The notes: generated from the letters alone by a model not told the origin. A DNA stretch of 64,000 bases from an uncultured Chromatiales bacterium (GCA_964448285.1 CAYUWG010000008.1:18645-82644), one strand, 5' to 3'; counted from the stretch's first letter, positions 47,248 through 61,411 are shown. Program-made: numbers and translations.

Positions 47248-50200
47248 TCAATCGTTCTTTTGTACGGCCTTCCTCGGCAGTTTGAGAATGAACTCGGTGA
47301 ATTCACCCGGTTCGGATTCGAAGGTCAACGAGCCGCCGTGTAATTGCACGATGATATCGTAGCTGATCGAAAGGCCAAGCCCCGTGCCGATGCCGGTCGG
47401 TTTCGTCGTGAAGAACGGTTGGAAGATCTGTTCGCGCAGTTCCTTGGGGATGCCCGTTCCGTTGTCGCGGATACGGACGACGGCGGTGTTGTCCTTGAAT
47501 GCCGTCGTGATCCGCACGATCGGCTGCACGTCGTGGTTTGACTGGTCCCACTTCTGGTGCGCTGCGTAGCAAGCGTTGTTCACGATGTTGAGAAAGACAC
47601 GACTGATATCCTCCGGGATCACGTACATCTTCGGGATATTCGGATCATAATTCTTTTCCAGGGCAACGGAGAAGTTGGCGTGTGAACCTCGAATGCCGTG
47701 ATACGCCAGCGCGACGCTGTCGTCCAGCAGCCGGTTGAGATCGATCTCACGTGCTTCGCCTTTGCGAACGCGTGAGTGTTGCAGCATCGACCGGATGATC
47801 GACGACGCTCGTTCACCATGGTCCATCATCATCCGTGCATTCTGAATGAGCGACTCGATCAGTCTTTCGACTTGCTCGCGGTTGGAGGAGTTCTTCAATT
47901 CATCGGCAAGCTCTTCCAGCATTTCCTTGGTAAGGCCGGCGAAGTTGTTGACGAAGTTCAGGGGATTCTGAATTTCATGTGCGATGCCTGCCGTGAGCGA
48001 ACCGAGCGACGCAAGTTTCTCCTGTGTGATAAGTTGCTGCTGCGTGCTGATGATCTGTTCGTTCTTCAGTTTCAGTTCTTCGTTGAAGCGTTCGAGCGTC
48101 TCGTTGATGCGCTCCAGTTCCCTTTTCTGCAAAGAGATTTCTTCCGATTGACGTGAGATCTGTGCCGTTCGAATCCGGACTTTCTCCTCCAACTCTTGCT
48201 TGTACCTTTCCAACTGCCGTGTTCTCATGCGAACGATTCCGATGACCATCGCAACCAATGCAGCAGCATAGAACAGAAAAGCCCACGACGTCAGATACAA
48301 TGGAGGAAGGATGCGCAACTCGAATGCGTCTTCGTTGCCGAGTGTCCCATAGATATCTCTGCTGCGCACACGGAAGACATACGTGCCTGCGGGAAGATTC
48401 GCATACTCCTTCCGCGTTTCGGAGAACCAGGATGACCACTGGTCGTCATAGCCGTCGAGGAGTATCTGATATTCGTTTCCTTCGACATGGGAGTAGCTCA
48501 TCGCGGCGAAATCGAACCGGACGGTGTTTCTTCCAAACGGTATTTCTATCGGTTGGAGCTGCTGTATTCTGTTGCCGAAATACAGGGCGGAGTCACGACC
48601 GATCGTCACGGAGCGAATGAGCGTGTTGAACGCCCGGTTCGAGCGTCCTTCCTTGCTGTAATCGTAGCGGATCACGCTCGACGGCCTGCCGAACCACACG
48701 ACTTTCGAATCTTCAGGATAGATACAGTACACAGCGGCCGGATCAACGATGCGAAGCGCGCCGACATTCCATTGGTAAGCCCCGGTGGATGTGCGTATCC
48801 AGCGACCCGGTGCAGGCTCGTCGTTCTTCCAGTGATAGGACCAGATGTTCCCATGCAAGTCGTCAGCGAGCGGAAAAAAGGGAATGCCTTGCAACTCCGG
48901 TTGCCTTTCAAGAAGAAGCGTATCCTGTTCAAAACGATTGAGTGCCGGATTGAAAAGAAAAAGACCCTCTTGAGTCGGAAAGATCAGACCGCGAGAGGTG
49001 GATGTGGTGAAGACGAACATGGATTGAAGTCCATGCGTCGTGTCGAATCGTGTCACGTGAGGTTTCGACGTAAAGCCTCCAGAATAATCCAGACGCACGA
49101 CGCCTTCCGTTGTAGAACCTAACCACAAGTCTCCATCAGGGGATTCAGCCATGGACCAGATGCGATGCGGGACGCTCTGAATCTGAGTTTCGAATTTCCA
49201 TGCGCCGTTACGAAAGGAGAAGGAGATCAAATCGTCGCCGCCTGCATAAATCCGGTTCGGATCCTTTCGTGATCGAAGAACCTCTCTGATGAGCACTTTG
49301 AATCTGCCCACAGACCGAACGACGCCTTCATCGAGAAACAATAACCCTCTCGATGACCCGATGAACAAATCCGCTCCTGTTGATAAAAGGGAGAAGCACT
49401 GGCTCTCTGACCCGGGGACGAGTTCCCATCTCCTTAGTGGTTTCGATTCCGAGCGATGAAAACCCAGTGGCGCTTGCTGTACCAAACGGTAAAGACCGTC
49501 GGTCGTGGCGACATAGAGAATACCTTTGTGACGGATGATGCTGTTGCACGCTCCGACGAGACCGAATTCTTCGCGGTGGACCGAAATTGGAGCAGGCCAA
49601 TCGACGTGGGATATCCCTTTTGAAGTCATAATCCAGAATCCATTTTGCGGATCGACATACTGACTTAACACCCAGAATGCCGGCAAGCCGGAGTTCTTAT
49701 CGAGGATCATCACGAGATCACCGCTGCAGTTGATAACGAGAACACCATGCCGCGACGTCCCGATCGCTATCAATGAATCGGGAAGCTGAACGACATGAGT
49801 GACCGTACTCGTTCGAAGTATGTTTTGGACAGCCGGTCCTAACAACATCACCTTCCCATCCGCAATCATGCTTGCCGTCGTTCCTTCAAAACCAAGAAGC
49901 ATGGTGGAACCGTGGATGACGAAGAGATTCTCGAACGATCGTGCAAGCTCGCTGAGGCGTGCGGCTTGAATCAAACGTTTCCCATGGAGCCGGTAGATAT
50001 CGCTCATCGCCAGCACGTAGAGTACGCCGTCTGCAACGAATGCATCACGAAACGTCGTGTTTGTTTGTTCAATCATCTCCATCGAAGAGCCGTCCCAGAG
50101 GAAGAGTATATGAGGGGTGACGAAATAGACGATGCTGTCGAGAACGACGATATCCAACACAACGTCGAAGGATTGAGCATTCTTTGGAATGTGTTTCTTC

Positions 50201-50595
50201 AAGGATGTCAGCTCTGATCTCCCGATGCTGTCCGACCGCAGATAACCGAGTTCTCCGACCGTGCCGAAATACAGCCGTCCACTTGAATCCATCGCCATCG
50301 AGTATGCCGGTGAGTCGTTCAGTGAACCGAGATTCCTCCAGGAAACGCCATCGAATTCCAGCAAGCCGTCAGCACTTCCGAAATACATGACGCCACGCTT
50401 GTCCTGCTGCGCGCAGAAGTACTGCATTTCGATCTTGTTGTAGGTGGTAGTCCAGATCTGCGGCGCTCCAAGTTCGTTCACTTGCGCATGAGCAATGAAC
50501 TGACCCGTATGAAGCGAGAAGAGAGTCCAAACGAGGAAGTACAGCGCGATAGATTGCACCGGGAAAAACTGCTTTATATCAGTTCCTGTTCGCAT
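47248..50595 (-). CDS. sensor histidine kinase with propeller / Y_Y_Y domains (paralogue of 20762..24055)
   Basis: Same architecture as the first kinase. H-box [16 protein letters not shown] and HATPase_c [19 protein letters not shown] are near-identical to it. No receiver domain and no adjacent response regulator. Confidence 0.8.
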   Translation of the reverse strand: MRTGTDIKQFFPVQSIALYFLVWTLFSLHTGQFIAHAQVNELGAPQIWTTTYNKIEMQYFCAQQDKRGVMYFGSADGLLEFDGVSWRNLGSLNDSPAYSMAMDSSGRLYFGTVGELGYLRSDSIGRSELTSLKKHIPKNAQSFDVVLDIVVLDSIVYFVTPHILFLWDGSSMEMIEQTNTTFRDAFVADGVLYVLAMSDIYRLHGKRLIQAARLSELARSFENLFVIHGSTMLLGFEGTTASMIADGKVMLLGPAVQNILRTSTVTHVVQLPDSLIAIGTSRHGVLVINCSGDLVMILDKNSGLPAFWVLSQYVDPQNGFWIMTSKGISHVDWPAPISVHREEFGLVGACNSIIRHKGILYVATTDGLYRLVQQAPLGFHRSESKPLRRWELVPGSESQCFSLLSTGADLFIGSSRGLLFLDEGVVRSVGRFKVLIREVLRSRKDPNRIYAGGDDLISFSFRNGAWKFETQIQSVPHRIWSMAESPDGDLWLGSTTEGVVRLDYSGGFTSKPHVTRFDTTHGLQSMFVFTTSTSRGLIFPTQEGLFLFNPALNRFEQDTLLLERQPELQGIPFFPLADDLHGNIWSYHWKNDEPAPGRWIRTSTGAYQWNVGALRIVDPAAVYCIYPEDSKVVWFGRPSSVIRYDYSKEGRSNRAFNTLIRSVTIGRDSALYFGNRIQQLQPIEIPFGRNTVRFDFAAMSYSHVEGNEYQILLDGYDDQWSSWFSETRKEYANLPAGTYVFRVRSRDIYGTLGNEDAFELRILPPLYLTSWAFLFYAAALVAMVIGIVRMRTRQLERYKQELEEKVRIRTAQISRQSEEISLQKRELERINETLERFNEELKLKNEQIISTQQQLITQEKLASLGSLTAGIAHEIQNPLNFVNNFAGLTKEMLEELADELKNSSNREQVERLIESLIQNARMMMDHGERASSIIRSMLQHSRVRKGEAREIDLNRLLDDSVALAYHGIRGSHANFSVALEKNYDPNIPKMYVIPEDISRVFLNIVNNACYAAHQKWDQSNHDVQPIVRITTAFKDNTAVVRIRDNGTGIPKELREQIFQPFFTTKPTGIGTGLGLSISYDIIVQLHGGSLTFESEPGEFTEFILKLPRKAVQKND

Positions 50596-50750
50596 TCATC
50601 ATCGTATGTTGATCTGAGACGGCATGGCGGAACGTGATATTGAAATGAGTTACGAGATTGAAAGGTTGAATGATTTGCTGCTCATTTCGTACAAGATAGC
50701 AAACCACCACCTCATCGAAATACATTCACTCTGATACAACGACGATAAAG

Positions 50751-51887
50751 ATGAACCCATTGATTGAAGAGCAGGTCAAAGCCGGCGTTGCATTGATCGA
50801 CGGCTCACGGCTGATCACGGAATCGTGCGTGCGCGCAGGCGCGGACGTGTTCATCGGGTATCCGATCACGCCTGCCAACCTGCTGTACCTCTATGCAGGC
50901 AAGCGCTTCCCGATCATGCTCGCGGCGCCCGATGAAATCACCACGCTGCAATGGATGTGCGGTTATGCCGTTACCGATCACATGCCGGTCACCGCCACAT
51001 CGTTCCCCGGCTATGCGCTCATGCTCGAATCGATCAACATGGCATTCATGATGGAACTGCCGATGCTCGTAATCCTCGTACAGCGGCTCGGTCCGGCGAC
51101 GGGAACCGCGACGACGGGGGCGCAAGGGGATATCGCGTTTCTCCATGGAAGCATCTCCGGTGGCTTTTCTCTCCCGACGTTTTGCATCAGCGATTTCCAG
51201 GATTGCTGGAACGTGACATCGGAAGCGATTCGCGCGGCAATGCATCTGCGAACACCCGTCGTATTGCTCACATCGAAAGAGATGGTCATGACGCTTTCGA
51301 GCTTCGAGCTTACTCTTCTTCCTCCCATCGAGAGACATGCCGTCTCCCGCTACCACTCCGATGACGAGTATCGTCCCTATCGCACAACGGAGAATCTCGT
51401 CCCTGACTTTCTCCCAGTCAGCAACACCGCGCATCAGGTGCGCTTTACCGCGTCCACGCATGATGAGCGGGGTTTGATACAGAGCACTTCCGCAGAGGGA
51501 ATGGCAAACACGCGGCGCTTGCAGGAGAAGATCGACGCGCAGTCGGATGCGTTCACCATCTATGAATATGACGCCGACGCCGATGCCGATGTCTTGCTCA
51601 TATCGTTCGACGTGACGGCACAGGCGGCGCGCGATGCTATCGATGAGTTACGGTCGAAGGGTTGTGCCGTATCGCATCTCATCCCGAAAACACTGTTTCC
51701 GATTCCGCGAGTCTATGCGGAGCTCGCATCGAAGTACCGGCGCGTCGTCGTTGCGGAAGAGAACCTGACCGGACAGTACCGGCATTTGCTCTTTGGCGCG
51801 CATCACGATGCGCGGGTCACGGGTGTCAACGCAATCGGGCGCATGATCAGCCCCGAGGAAATCATCCGTGAGGTGCGCAATGGCTAA
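50751..51887 (+). CDS. 2-oxoacid:ferredoxin oxidoreductase alpha subunit (KorA/PorA-like)
   Basis: The N-terminus (GSRLITESCVRAGADVFIGYPITPAN) is typical of OFOR alpha subunits. Confidence 0.65.
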   Translation: MNPLIEEQVKAGVALIDGSRLITESCVRAGADVFIGYPITPANLLYLYAGKRFPIMLAAPDEITTLQWMCGYAVTDHMPVTATSFPGYALMLESINMAFMMELPMLVILVQRLGPATGTATTGAQGDIAFLHGSISGGFSLPTFCISDFQDCWNVTSEAIRAAMHLRTPVVLLTSKEMVMTLSSFELTLLPPIERHAVSRYHSDDEYRPYRTTENLVPDFLPVSNTAHQVRFTASTHDERGLIQSTSAEGMANTRRLQEKIDAQSDAFTIYEYDADADADVLLISFDVTAQAARDAIDELRSKGCAVSHLIPKTLFPIPRVYAELASKYRRVVVAEENLTGQYRHLLFGAHHDARVTGVNAIGRMISPEEIIREVRNG

Positions 51888-53160
51888 GAGTTTCCTGAAT
51901 GGAAGTGAACTGCCTTTCTGCAAAGGGTGTGGTCATTCACATGTCGCGAAAAGCACGGAGAAGGCTTTGCAGATCCTCGGTCTCGACCCTCTCGACGTCG
52001 TCCTCGTGACGGACATCGGGTGCCACGGTATCATCGATAAAAGCCTTTTGACGCACACAGTTCACGGGCTTCATGGAAGATCGGTCGCGGTCGGTGCTGG
52101 CATCGCGGCTGGGCTTTCCGATGCGAGCAAGAAAGTGATCGTCTATGTCGGAGATGGCGGGGCGACGATCGGAATGCAGCACCTGATCAACGCCGCACAT
52201 CACGGCTTCGATATGACGGTGGTCATTCACAACAACTTCCTGTATGGAATGACCGGCGGGCAGCCTTCCGAATTCACGCCGCAAGGATTCAAAACACCGA
52301 CACTAACGAACGGCGCGACCATCGAAGGTTACGACGTGTGCGAACTGCTGACGGCTGCAGGCGCAACGTATGTTCGACGCGTCGTAGGCATCGGTGATTT
52401 TTCGGAAGAGCTTGCGGAAGCCTTTTCTCATCGCGGATTCTCTATCGTCGAAGTGATGGAATTATGTCCGAGCTATGCCGTGAAAGCGAATCCCGGCTTG
52501 AAACTGCCTGCGGTGCTTGAGGCTGCCGGTTTGCATGTCAAAACCTTTGCAAAGAAGGAAGGCCGCGTCTTTCGAAGCCCCGTGAATGACAGCCGCGAAT
52601 CGCTCATCACCTCTTCGTTGCTTGTCGAGGCACGATTCCCGGCGCAGGTCGCAAAACCGATGGGAATCATGCTTGCCGGCTCGGCAGGTGAGGGCGTGCA
52701 GTCCGCGGCGGAGCTTCTCGGGAAAGCCGCAGTGATATCGGGACTCCACGCAACGAAGAAAGGCAGCTATCCCGTCACCGTCGGCGTCGGCTTCTCCGCG
52801 TCGGAAGTGATTCTCTCTCCATGGCCGATTCGATACACGGGTCTTCCTATGCCGGATATTCTTCTCGTGACGTCAGAGGACGGACTGGATTATGCGCGAT
52901 CCCGTATGATGCGAATGGATGAATCGACGATCGTGGTTCTCGATGAGACACTTGAGATCCCGCGCATCGCCGCGCAGGTGCGCCGTGTCGATTTACGCAA
53001 ACTTGCAGGCGCGAAGAATGCTGCGTTATCGGGAGTCTTTCGATGCGTTCAGGACATGAACATCATTCCTATCGAAGCGCTGATCGCTGCATTTCAGGAA
53101 ACACCTCTTTCGGAAAAGATCGATATCACTCGTTTTATCGGTGCCGGTTTGGAGCGTTGA
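51880..53160 (+). CDS. 2-oxoacid:ferredoxin oxidoreductase beta subunit (TPP-binding) fused to a gamma-like domain
   Basis: FCKGCGHSHV ... TDIGCHG ... GDGG TPP-binding motifs, then a C-terminal roughly 170 aa (MGIMLAGSAGEGVQSAAELLGKAA) resembling the gamma subunit. Confidence 0.6.
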   Translation: MAKSFLNGSELPFCKGCGHSHVAKSTEKALQILGLDPLDVVLVTDIGCHGIIDKSLLTHTVHGLHGRSVAVGAGIAAGLSDASKKVIVYVGDGGATIGMQHLINAAHHGFDMTVVIHNNFLYGMTGGQPSEFTPQGFKTPTLTNGATIEGYDVCELLTAAGATYVRRVVGIGDFSEELAEAFSHRGFSIVEVMELCPSYAVKANPGLKLPAVLEAAGLHVKTFAKKEGRVFRSPVNDSRESLITSSLLVEARFPAQVAKPMGIMLAGSAGEGVQSAAELLGKAAVISGLHATKKGSYPVTVGVGFSASEVILSPWPIRYTGLPMPDILLVTSEDGLDYARSRMMRMDESTIVVLDETLEIPRIAAQVRRVDLRKLAGAKNAALSGVFRCVQDMNIIPIEALIAAFQETPLSEKIDITRFIGAGLER

Positions 53161-53270
53161 ATCGGACTCTTTGGACTGAGTGTGCGTTCGAGTACATTGA
53201 TACGATTGAGTGAGAAACGACAAGTGACCATCACTTTTTCCATTTCAAACAAAGAGTAAAACGAGACATC

Positions 53271-53657
53271 ATGGATATCTGGTTCGTCGTCATGACAGTA
53301 AAGCTCGTTTCGCTCGGTCTTGCAACAAGCTATATCATGTACCTTCTTGCGAAACGATTTCATGTCGTCCGTTTTGCCGATGCCTGGCGATACGGCATTG
53401 TCGATGATTTCAGCGCGAAGCCCCGGTTACAAAATCTGTGGCTCGCCACAGTGTTCGTCATGGGTTTCCTTTGCGCCCTTGCAGGGCATCTGATCGATGG
53501 GGAAGGGATGGTCGCTGTGTTCGGGGTTCTCGCTTCATTTTTTCTTTCCCTTGTGATCATCCCCAAGGCATTTAACAAGATCAAAGCGATGATCGGTTTG
53601 GTGCTGTTTCTTTTCGGAGGGATGGGATACTATTTCGTCTCGCCCTACATCCTTTGA
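53271..53657 (+). CDS. hypothetical small membrane protein
   Basis: Four predicted TM helices. No motif. Confidence 0.3.
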   Translation: MDIWFVVMTVKLVSLGLATSYIMYLLAKRFHVVRFADAWRYGIVDDFSAKPRLQNLWLATVFVMGFLCALAGHLIDGEGMVAVFGVLASFFLSLVIIPKAFNKIKAMIGLVLFLFGGMGYYFVSPYIL

Positions 53658-53660
53658 AGA

Positions 53661-54893
53661 TCACGTTGCGCGAATCGCGACGATGGTCAAGTCATCGTGT
53701 TGTTCTGCCGGCTGCGAAAAGGCCACCACTTCATTCTTCAGCGAATCGACTACGCGGCGTGACGTTGCGCCGTTCTGAAGAAGTTGGAGCGCAGTGCGTG
53801 TCATGCGTTCTTCGCCATACACTTCGCGTTGCGGATTCATCGCTTCGGTCAGCCCATCGGTGTAGAGAACCAAACTGTCGCCGGGCTTGAGTGTGACGCG
53901 CCCCGGTTTGTAGGAGACGGATTCTACAAGGCCGAGCGGATAATGATCGCCCTCGGATTCGAGCGGCTTACCAACGCCGTTCGAAAGGAGGATAGGTTTC
54001 GTCTGGCCGGCGTTGACATAGCGGATTTCTCCGCTTGCCGTATCGAGTTCGAGGAGGAAGAAGGAAACGAAGCGCGTGCGGTTGTTCCGTGAACGAACTG
54101 CGCGGTTCAGTTTGCACATGATCTCGCTGATGTCCGATTCATGCTGGACTTCCGAAATGAATGCGCCGCTCGTAAAGATCGCCGTCATCGCTGCGTCCAC
54201 GCCCTTACCAGCCACGTCCACGACGGCGACACCGAAACGGCGGTTGTCGTTCCCAAGCCAGACGTAGTCGAAGTGATCGCCGCCGACGTTCTGTGCCGGA
54301 ATGCAAAGCCCCGCAACGTCGTAGCCTTCGACGTGGGGATCCTCTGTCGGCATGAGGCTGAGTTGCATGTGGCGCGCGGCGTCCAACTCGATACGCAGCC
54401 GGTCCTTTTCACTTCGCTCCGAAGCGAAAACCCACACGAGGAGATTCACACCCGCAAGGATCAAGGCAGCGATGATGATGACCGTGAGCAAGCTGTCGAA
54501 TCCGACTTGCAGCCACACAACGATCATCCCGATGCCGATGAGCACGAACGCCTGCTTCACTAACTGCTTGCGATCCTGTGGAATGCTCTTGTAAATCTCA
54601 CGACTCCACGACAGCGAGAAGAGCGCGGCATCCTTCACGCTGACGTCATGCTGCGATGCCTCGAACCTTCGCTTGTACTCTTCACGGCTTCGCGAAAAAG
54701 AATCACGTGAGCGATACATCAGATAACCGAGAATCGCGAGAATCAGCATCTGCCCGATGACGGGTCCCCAGTGACCGGTCTGAACGGAATCCACGAATTG
54801 GTCGATCAAATTCAGAGCGAAGATGATGACGAAGATGATGAGAACGGTTTGTCGTTTGGTCATGGCCATTTGCAGTCCGGCTGCTGAATTCAA
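53661..54893 (-). CDS. membrane-anchored PP2C/SpoIIE-family serine phosphatase
   Basis: N-terminal TM helices, then DVAGKGVDAAMTAIFTSGAF and LVLYTDGLTEAMN (PPM metal-binding Asp motifs). Confidence 0.7.
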   Translation of the reverse strand: MNSAAGLQMAMTKRQTVLIIFVIIFALNLIDQFVDSVQTGHWGPVIGQMLILAILGYLMYRSRDSFSRSREEYKRRFEASQHDVSVKDAALFSLSWSREIYKSIPQDRKQLVKQAFVLIGIGMIVVWLQVGFDSLLTVIIIAALILAGVNLLVWVFASERSEKDRLRIELDAARHMQLSLMPTEDPHVEGYDVAGLCIPAQNVGGDHFDYVWLGNDNRRFGVAVVDVAGKGVDAAMTAIFTSGAFISEVQHESDISEIMCKLNRAVRSRNNRTRFVSFFLLELDTASGEIRYVNAGQTKPILLSNGVGKPLESEGDHYPLGLVESVSYKPGRVTLKPGDSLVLYTDGLTEAMNPQREVYGEERMTRTALQLLQNGATSRRVVDSLKNEVVAFSQPAEQHDDLTIVAIRAT

Positions 54894-55139
54894 CTTAGGC
54901 TAAGGGTCATCGCGGACAAAAACATGAGAGAAATAATGATTCTGTTTCAGCGGGACATCGGCTGCGTTCGTCCGCGAATATCGTTTCGACCGCGAGCCGT
55001 CGAGGTGCATTACAGCCAATGTTCAAGCACATGTGCGGTGGATATCTGTCGTGCATGGTTCCTGTGCCTTTGCAATTCCCGGCATGCTGCCCTATGTTCC
55101 TAACCCCGCTTTGCGGTGAACAACTGACCCCATTCCACT

Positions 55140-56654
55140 ATGAGTATGACTGAAAATCCCGAAGAACTGAATGACCAAATGCTTCATCGTCGAACAGAGT
55201 ACGATGAACTTCTTCAAAGGGGAATCACGCCGTATCCCTACGCATTCGATCTCACGAAGACTTCCGAGGAAATCCATGCTGCGTATCGTGACGATGCACC
55301 GCGACAGGATGTGCGTGTCGCCGGTCGCATCATGACGTTGCGCCGGATGGGGAAAGCATCCTTCGTTCACATTCAGGATCACACCGGGAAAATTCAAATC
55401 TATCTCAAGCGGGATGACATTGGGGAGTCGTTGTATGATTCGTTTCGCCTTCTCGATATCGGGGACATCATCGGCGTAGCGGGGTTCGTCTTTCGCACTC
55501 GCACCGGTGAAGTTTCGGTACATGCCGAGCGGATGGAGCTTCTCGCAAAGGCATTGCGTCCGATCCCGATTCCAAAGGAGAAAAAAGACGAAGAAGGCAA
55601 CACGATCGTCTTCGATCAATTCACGGACAAGGAATTGCGCTACCGCAAGCGTCCGCTCGATCTCATTCTGAATCCCGACGTGAAGCGGACATTCCTGAAA
55701 CGCACGGCGATCAATCGTTCGATGCGCGCATTCCTCGACGGTAAAGGTTACCTCGAAGTGGAGACGCCCGTCCTGCAGCCGCTCTACGGCGGTGCGGCTG
55801 CGCGCCCGTTCGTGACGCATCATCATGCGCTGAACATTCCGCTCTATTTGCGCATCGCCGATGAACTGTACCTGAAGCGGCTCATCGTCGGCGGATTTCA
55901 CGCCGTGTATGAGATCAGCAAAGACTTCCGCAACGAAGGCATGGACAGAAACCACAACCCGGAATTCACGATGATGGAGTTGTACGTCGCCTTCAAAGAT
56001 TACATCTGGATGATGGAATTAGTCGAGGAAATGCTCTTCACGATCAACCGCGAAGTGAACGACGCGAACGTCGTGAGCATCGCAGGAAACACGATCGACT
56101 TTACGCCACCGTATCCACGCCTCCCAATGCTGGAAGCAATCACGCGATATGCTGGGGAAAGCGTCGAGGGTCTTGACGAATCTGGGTTGCGGGCCGTAGC
56201 GAAAAGGCTTCACGTGGAAATCGAGGATAGCGCGGGAGCGGGAAAAATCATCGACGAGATCTTTTCAGCCCGAGTCGAGCCGCATCTCATTCAACCGACG
56301 TTCATTACGGATTATCCCCTCGAGCTTTCGCCGCTGGCAAAGAAGCACCGTTCGAAACCCGGACTCGTCGAACGTTTCGAGCTTTACATCAACGGGCAGG
56401 AGATTGCGAATGCCTTCTCGGAATTGAACGACCCGATCGACCAGAAGGAACGCTTTCTCGAACAGGCACGCTTGAGAGCGCGTGGTGACGACGAAGCCAT
56501 GAGTTTCGATGAAGACTTCATCGAGACCCTCGAATACGGAATGCCGCCGACGGCCGGACTCGGCATCGGTATCGACCGCTTGACGATGCTGTTGACCGGG
56601 GAGCCGTCGATTCGTGATGTGATTCTCTTTCCGACGATGCGACCGGAAAAATAG
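55140..56654 (+). CDS. lysS: lysine--tRNA ligase (class II)
   Basis: OB-fold anticodon-binding N-terminus and the class II motifs [23 protein letters not shown] and [13 protein letters not shown]. Confidence 0.9.
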   Translation: MSMTENPEELNDQMLHRRTEYDELLQRGITPYPYAFDLTKTSEEIHAAYRDDAPRQDVRVAGRIMTLRRMGKASFVHIQDHTGKIQIYLKRDDIGESLYDSFRLLDIGDIIGVAGFVFRTRTGEVSVHAERMELLAKALRPIPIPKEKKDEEGNTIVFDQFTDKELRYRKRPLDLILNPDVKRTFLKRTAINRSMRAFLDGKGYLEVETPVLQPLYGGAAARPFVTHHHALNIPLYLRIADELYLKRLIVGGFHAVYEISKDFRNEGMDRNHNPEFTMMELYVAFKDYIWMMELVEEMLFTINREVNDANVVSIAGNTIDFTPPYPRLPMLEAITRYAGESVEGLDESGLRAVAKRLHVEIEDSAGAGKIIDEIFSARVEPHLIQPTFITDYPLELSPLAKKHRSKPGLVERFELYINGQEIANAFSELNDPIDQKERFLEQARLRARGDDEAMSFDEDFIETLEYGMPPTAGLGIGIDRLTMLLTGEPSIRDVILFPTMRPEK

Positions 56655-56754
56655 TCGCGCTCTCCCGGAAGGCTCTTCTGTCCGAACATTTCGGGATGCT
56701 CATTTTCTCAGGGCAGAATCGTATTGCAGCATCGCGAGAATTATCGAATCACCT

Positions 56755-58959
<2,205 letters not shown>

Positions 58960-58989
58960 GTACGGCGCCGCAGGGAGCGCTGTGCATCG

Positions 58990-60351
58990 CTATCGAGACG
59001 TGACGTGAATGTCCGTTTTAGGACGAGGCTGTTCGGGGCGGTTCATTCGCAGTTCGAAGCCTTCGAGGTTGAACGATGACTCTCTTCCGTTGACCATTTT
59101 TTCAGGAAAGTATGAGCCTTCCACTCCGCCGATCGTGCGCACCTCGGACGCTTCGCCGTCTCTGAAAAAGATGTGTATGCGATCTCCGCTTTCGATGCGG
59201 ACTCCATTCAAGGCATTCTCATCATAGAGGTAATAGAGATTGAAAGCGCTTTCAACGACGTTTACCTGCGATGGCTTCTCGTCCGCGAAGAGAATTTCTA
59301 TCTCGCGGCCTTTGATCTGGTCGTAGCGCCCCGGCGGCGAAAGTGTATCGTCCTCGGAAGGTTTGCTCTTGGCGAGCGAGAAAGCGTCCCCGAACGCCAT
59401 GAGCCGTTCCAATTCGTCGTTCGCAAGCCGAACGACCATCGAGTCTGCGGTCATCTGTGTCTCTTCGTACCAGATGATGGGCTTGTGCCGAAGGATGATC
59501 GTGCTGTCGCTGCGAAAGTACGAGAGGTGTTCGCAGCGCGCTGCAAGGCCGCCGCGAACGATAGCGACGTTTCCAATCGCAAAGAACATGTTCGTCGAAT
59601 CGCGCACGGCGCGCATCGAGTCCGCAACGATACTGACGGTGTCGATGCGGACTGAGTCGGAAGCAGTCAGTGAGTCTCTCTTGACGAGGACAGAATCGAG
59701 TTGCCAGAGAACGGGCTTTCCCGTGAAGACGGAGATTTTCGACTTGAGGTTATGCGAAACGGTGTCGCCCGTCACCATGGAGTTTTCATTCTTGAAACGG
59801 ACAACCACGTTTCCGTTTGCCCACGTCTGGCTGCTGTCGCGGTCATAGCGCAGATGGTCGCAGGAGATCGCTGCTGAAGGCTCATCGACGAAGACGCGTG
59901 AAGTGAAGAACGCTCTTCGCGCGGTCGTCTCATACCTGCCTTCCTGAGCCGTGAGCGTTGTATGTCCGTCGAACAGATAGATGCCGGCAACGGTGGAAGC
60001 GAGCTTGTCGTCACCGCGATAGAGGCCGCGATCGGTTTTCATGACGAGGGTGTCTTGCGTGATCACGACGTTGCCGATCAGTTCGGCGGTGTTGAGCGTG
60101 ATGTTCTGAATAGCGCGGTCGCATCGAATATTCACATTCTCCTGGCGCATCCAGACGTTCCCGATAAGCTCACGAATCGAGTGATCACCGGTAGCGCTTG
60201 CTACGAGCCTGTCCGCGTTGAGGACTTCCAGTACGGATTGTTGTGCAAGAACACTTCCCGATAAGAGCAAGAAAGCGGTTATGCACGGAATCGTATTGCC
60301 TGTCGCCATCGCGGTGCGTCGTTTCACAGTGGGAAACATACAACCTCGCAT
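58990..60351 (-). CDS. secreted hypothetical protein, possibly OstA/LptA-like
   Basis: Signal peptide (MATGNTIPCITAFLLLSGSVLAQ) and repetitive beta-rich composition. The family assignment is weak. Confidence 0.3.
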   Translation of the reverse strand: MRGCMFPTVKRRTAMATGNTIPCITAFLLLSGSVLAQQSVLEVLNADRLVASATGDHSIRELIGNVWMRQENVNIRCDRAIQNITLNTAELIGNVVITQDTLVMKTDRGLYRGDDKLASTVAGIYLFDGHTTLTAQEGRYETTARRAFFTSRVFVDEPSAAISCDHLRYDRDSSQTWANGNVVVRFKNENSMVTGDTVSHNLKSKISVFTGKPVLWQLDSVLVKRDSLTASDSVRIDTVSIVADSMRAVRDSTNMFFAIGNVAIVRGGLAARCEHLSYFRSDSTIILRHKPIIWYEETQMTADSMVVRLANDELERLMAFGDAFSLAKSKPSEDDTLSPPGRYDQIKGREIEILFADEKPSQVNVVESAFNLYYLYDENALNGVRIESGDRIHIFFRDGEASEVRTIGGVEGSYFPEKMVNGRESSFNLEGFELRMNRPEQPRPKTDIHVTSR

Positions 60352-60455
60352 GGGGATGGAGAAACGATGTTGGGAGTTTCGTCTCTCAGGATGCAGTGGG
60401 ATTCATACCGATTGCTTTTCGGAACGTGAGTCCATAGTTTGACCGCAGGCTCGTT

Positions 60456-61157
60456 ATGCGGATAGCAATCTTCTCCGACGTCCATGCAAACCTCGAAGCG
60501 CTTCAGGCGGTGCTCGATGACTTCGGGCGAACGCAACCGGATACGGTAGTGTGTCTTGGTGATATTGTAGGGTACGGAGCGAATCCTTCGCAATGCTTGA
60601 ACCTCGTTCGCGAACATGCAGACATCATCGTTCTCGGAAATCACGATGAAGCGGCTTTCGATTTCTCGAAGCTCGACGAATACACGGAAGTGGCTCAAAC
60701 ATCCGCGCGGTGGACGGCTCACGCGCTTTCCGAAGAAGAGAAGCGCTATCTCAAAAGCCTTCCATTCAAAATGACTTCGGATGACCTCCTGTTCGTTCAT
60801 TCCACACCGAGAAATCCTCATGATTGGGAATACATACTCAGTGCTTTCGAAGCACGGCTCTATGAGTCTGCGTTTGCTGAGCGCGTGTGCTTTATCGGGC
60901 ACTCGCATGTGCCTGCAGTCTATCATTTGAGTCCAAACGCGTCGCACTACTCTCCGAATCACCGATTCATCATCAATGTCGGCAGCGTTGGCCAGCCGCG
61001 CGATGGAAACTGGAGGGCAGCTTACGGTTTGCTCGATACCGTAGCGGGTTCGTTTGAGATCAATCGCGTAGAGTACGATGTCAGACAAGCTTCGGAAAAA
61101 ATCATTGACGCAGGCTTGCCGAGAGTTTTAGGGGACAGACTTTTTCGAGGAAGATAA
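60456..61157 (+). CDS. calcineurin-like metallophosphoesterase (YfcE-like)
   Basis: MRIAIFSDVHANLEAL, GDIVGYGANP and GNHDE motifs. Confidence 0.75.
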   Translation: MRIAIFSDVHANLEALQAVLDDFGRTQPDTVVCLGDIVGYGANPSQCLNLVREHADIIVLGNHDEAAFDFSKLDEYTEVAQTSARWTAHALSEEEKRYLKSLPFKMTSDDLLFVHSTPRNPHDWEYILSAFEARLYESAFAERVCFIGHSHVPAVYHLSPNASHYSPNHRFIINVGSVGQPRDGNWRAAYGLLDTVAGSFEINRVEYDVRQASEKIIDAGLPRVLGDRLFRGR

Positions 61158-61317
61158 TTCTCGTTTTTCTGCTTCGATCGTCGCGGGACCGACACGGATC
61201 GCGTCGATAAACGTCAACAGAATGGCCAACTTAGAGAGAATCTATTGCCTCACTCTCCGGTCTGGGTTATATTTGCCTTCCTGATGCGTTTTGAAACGAT
61301 TTCAAAACGCTCCCACT

Positions 61318-61392
61318 TGGGGCGTCGCCAAGTGGTAAGGCATCGGCCTTTGGAGCCGACATTCGGAGGTTCGAATCCTCCCGCCCCAGCCA
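61318..61392 (+). tRNA. tRNA-Gln (anticodon TTG)
   Basis: tggggcgtcgccaagtggtaaggcatcggccTTTGGagccgacattcggaggttcgaatcctcccgccccagcca has a 7-bp acceptor stem, anticodon loop cTTTGGa and T-loop GGTTCGAATCC with an encoded CCA. It resembles bacterial tRNA-Gln closely. Confidence 0.85.
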
Positions 61393-61411
61393 GGTACGCA
61401 GAGACCTCACT

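Noticed and set aside
53661-54893. Link between the PP2C phosphatase and the island Ser/Thr kinase as a kinase/phosphatase pair
   Set aside because: They are 17 kb apart, on different sides of unrelated core genes, and differ in GC. The phosphatase is a membrane SpoIIE/RsbU-type protein in a core context, so a functional pairing is not supported by this sequence.
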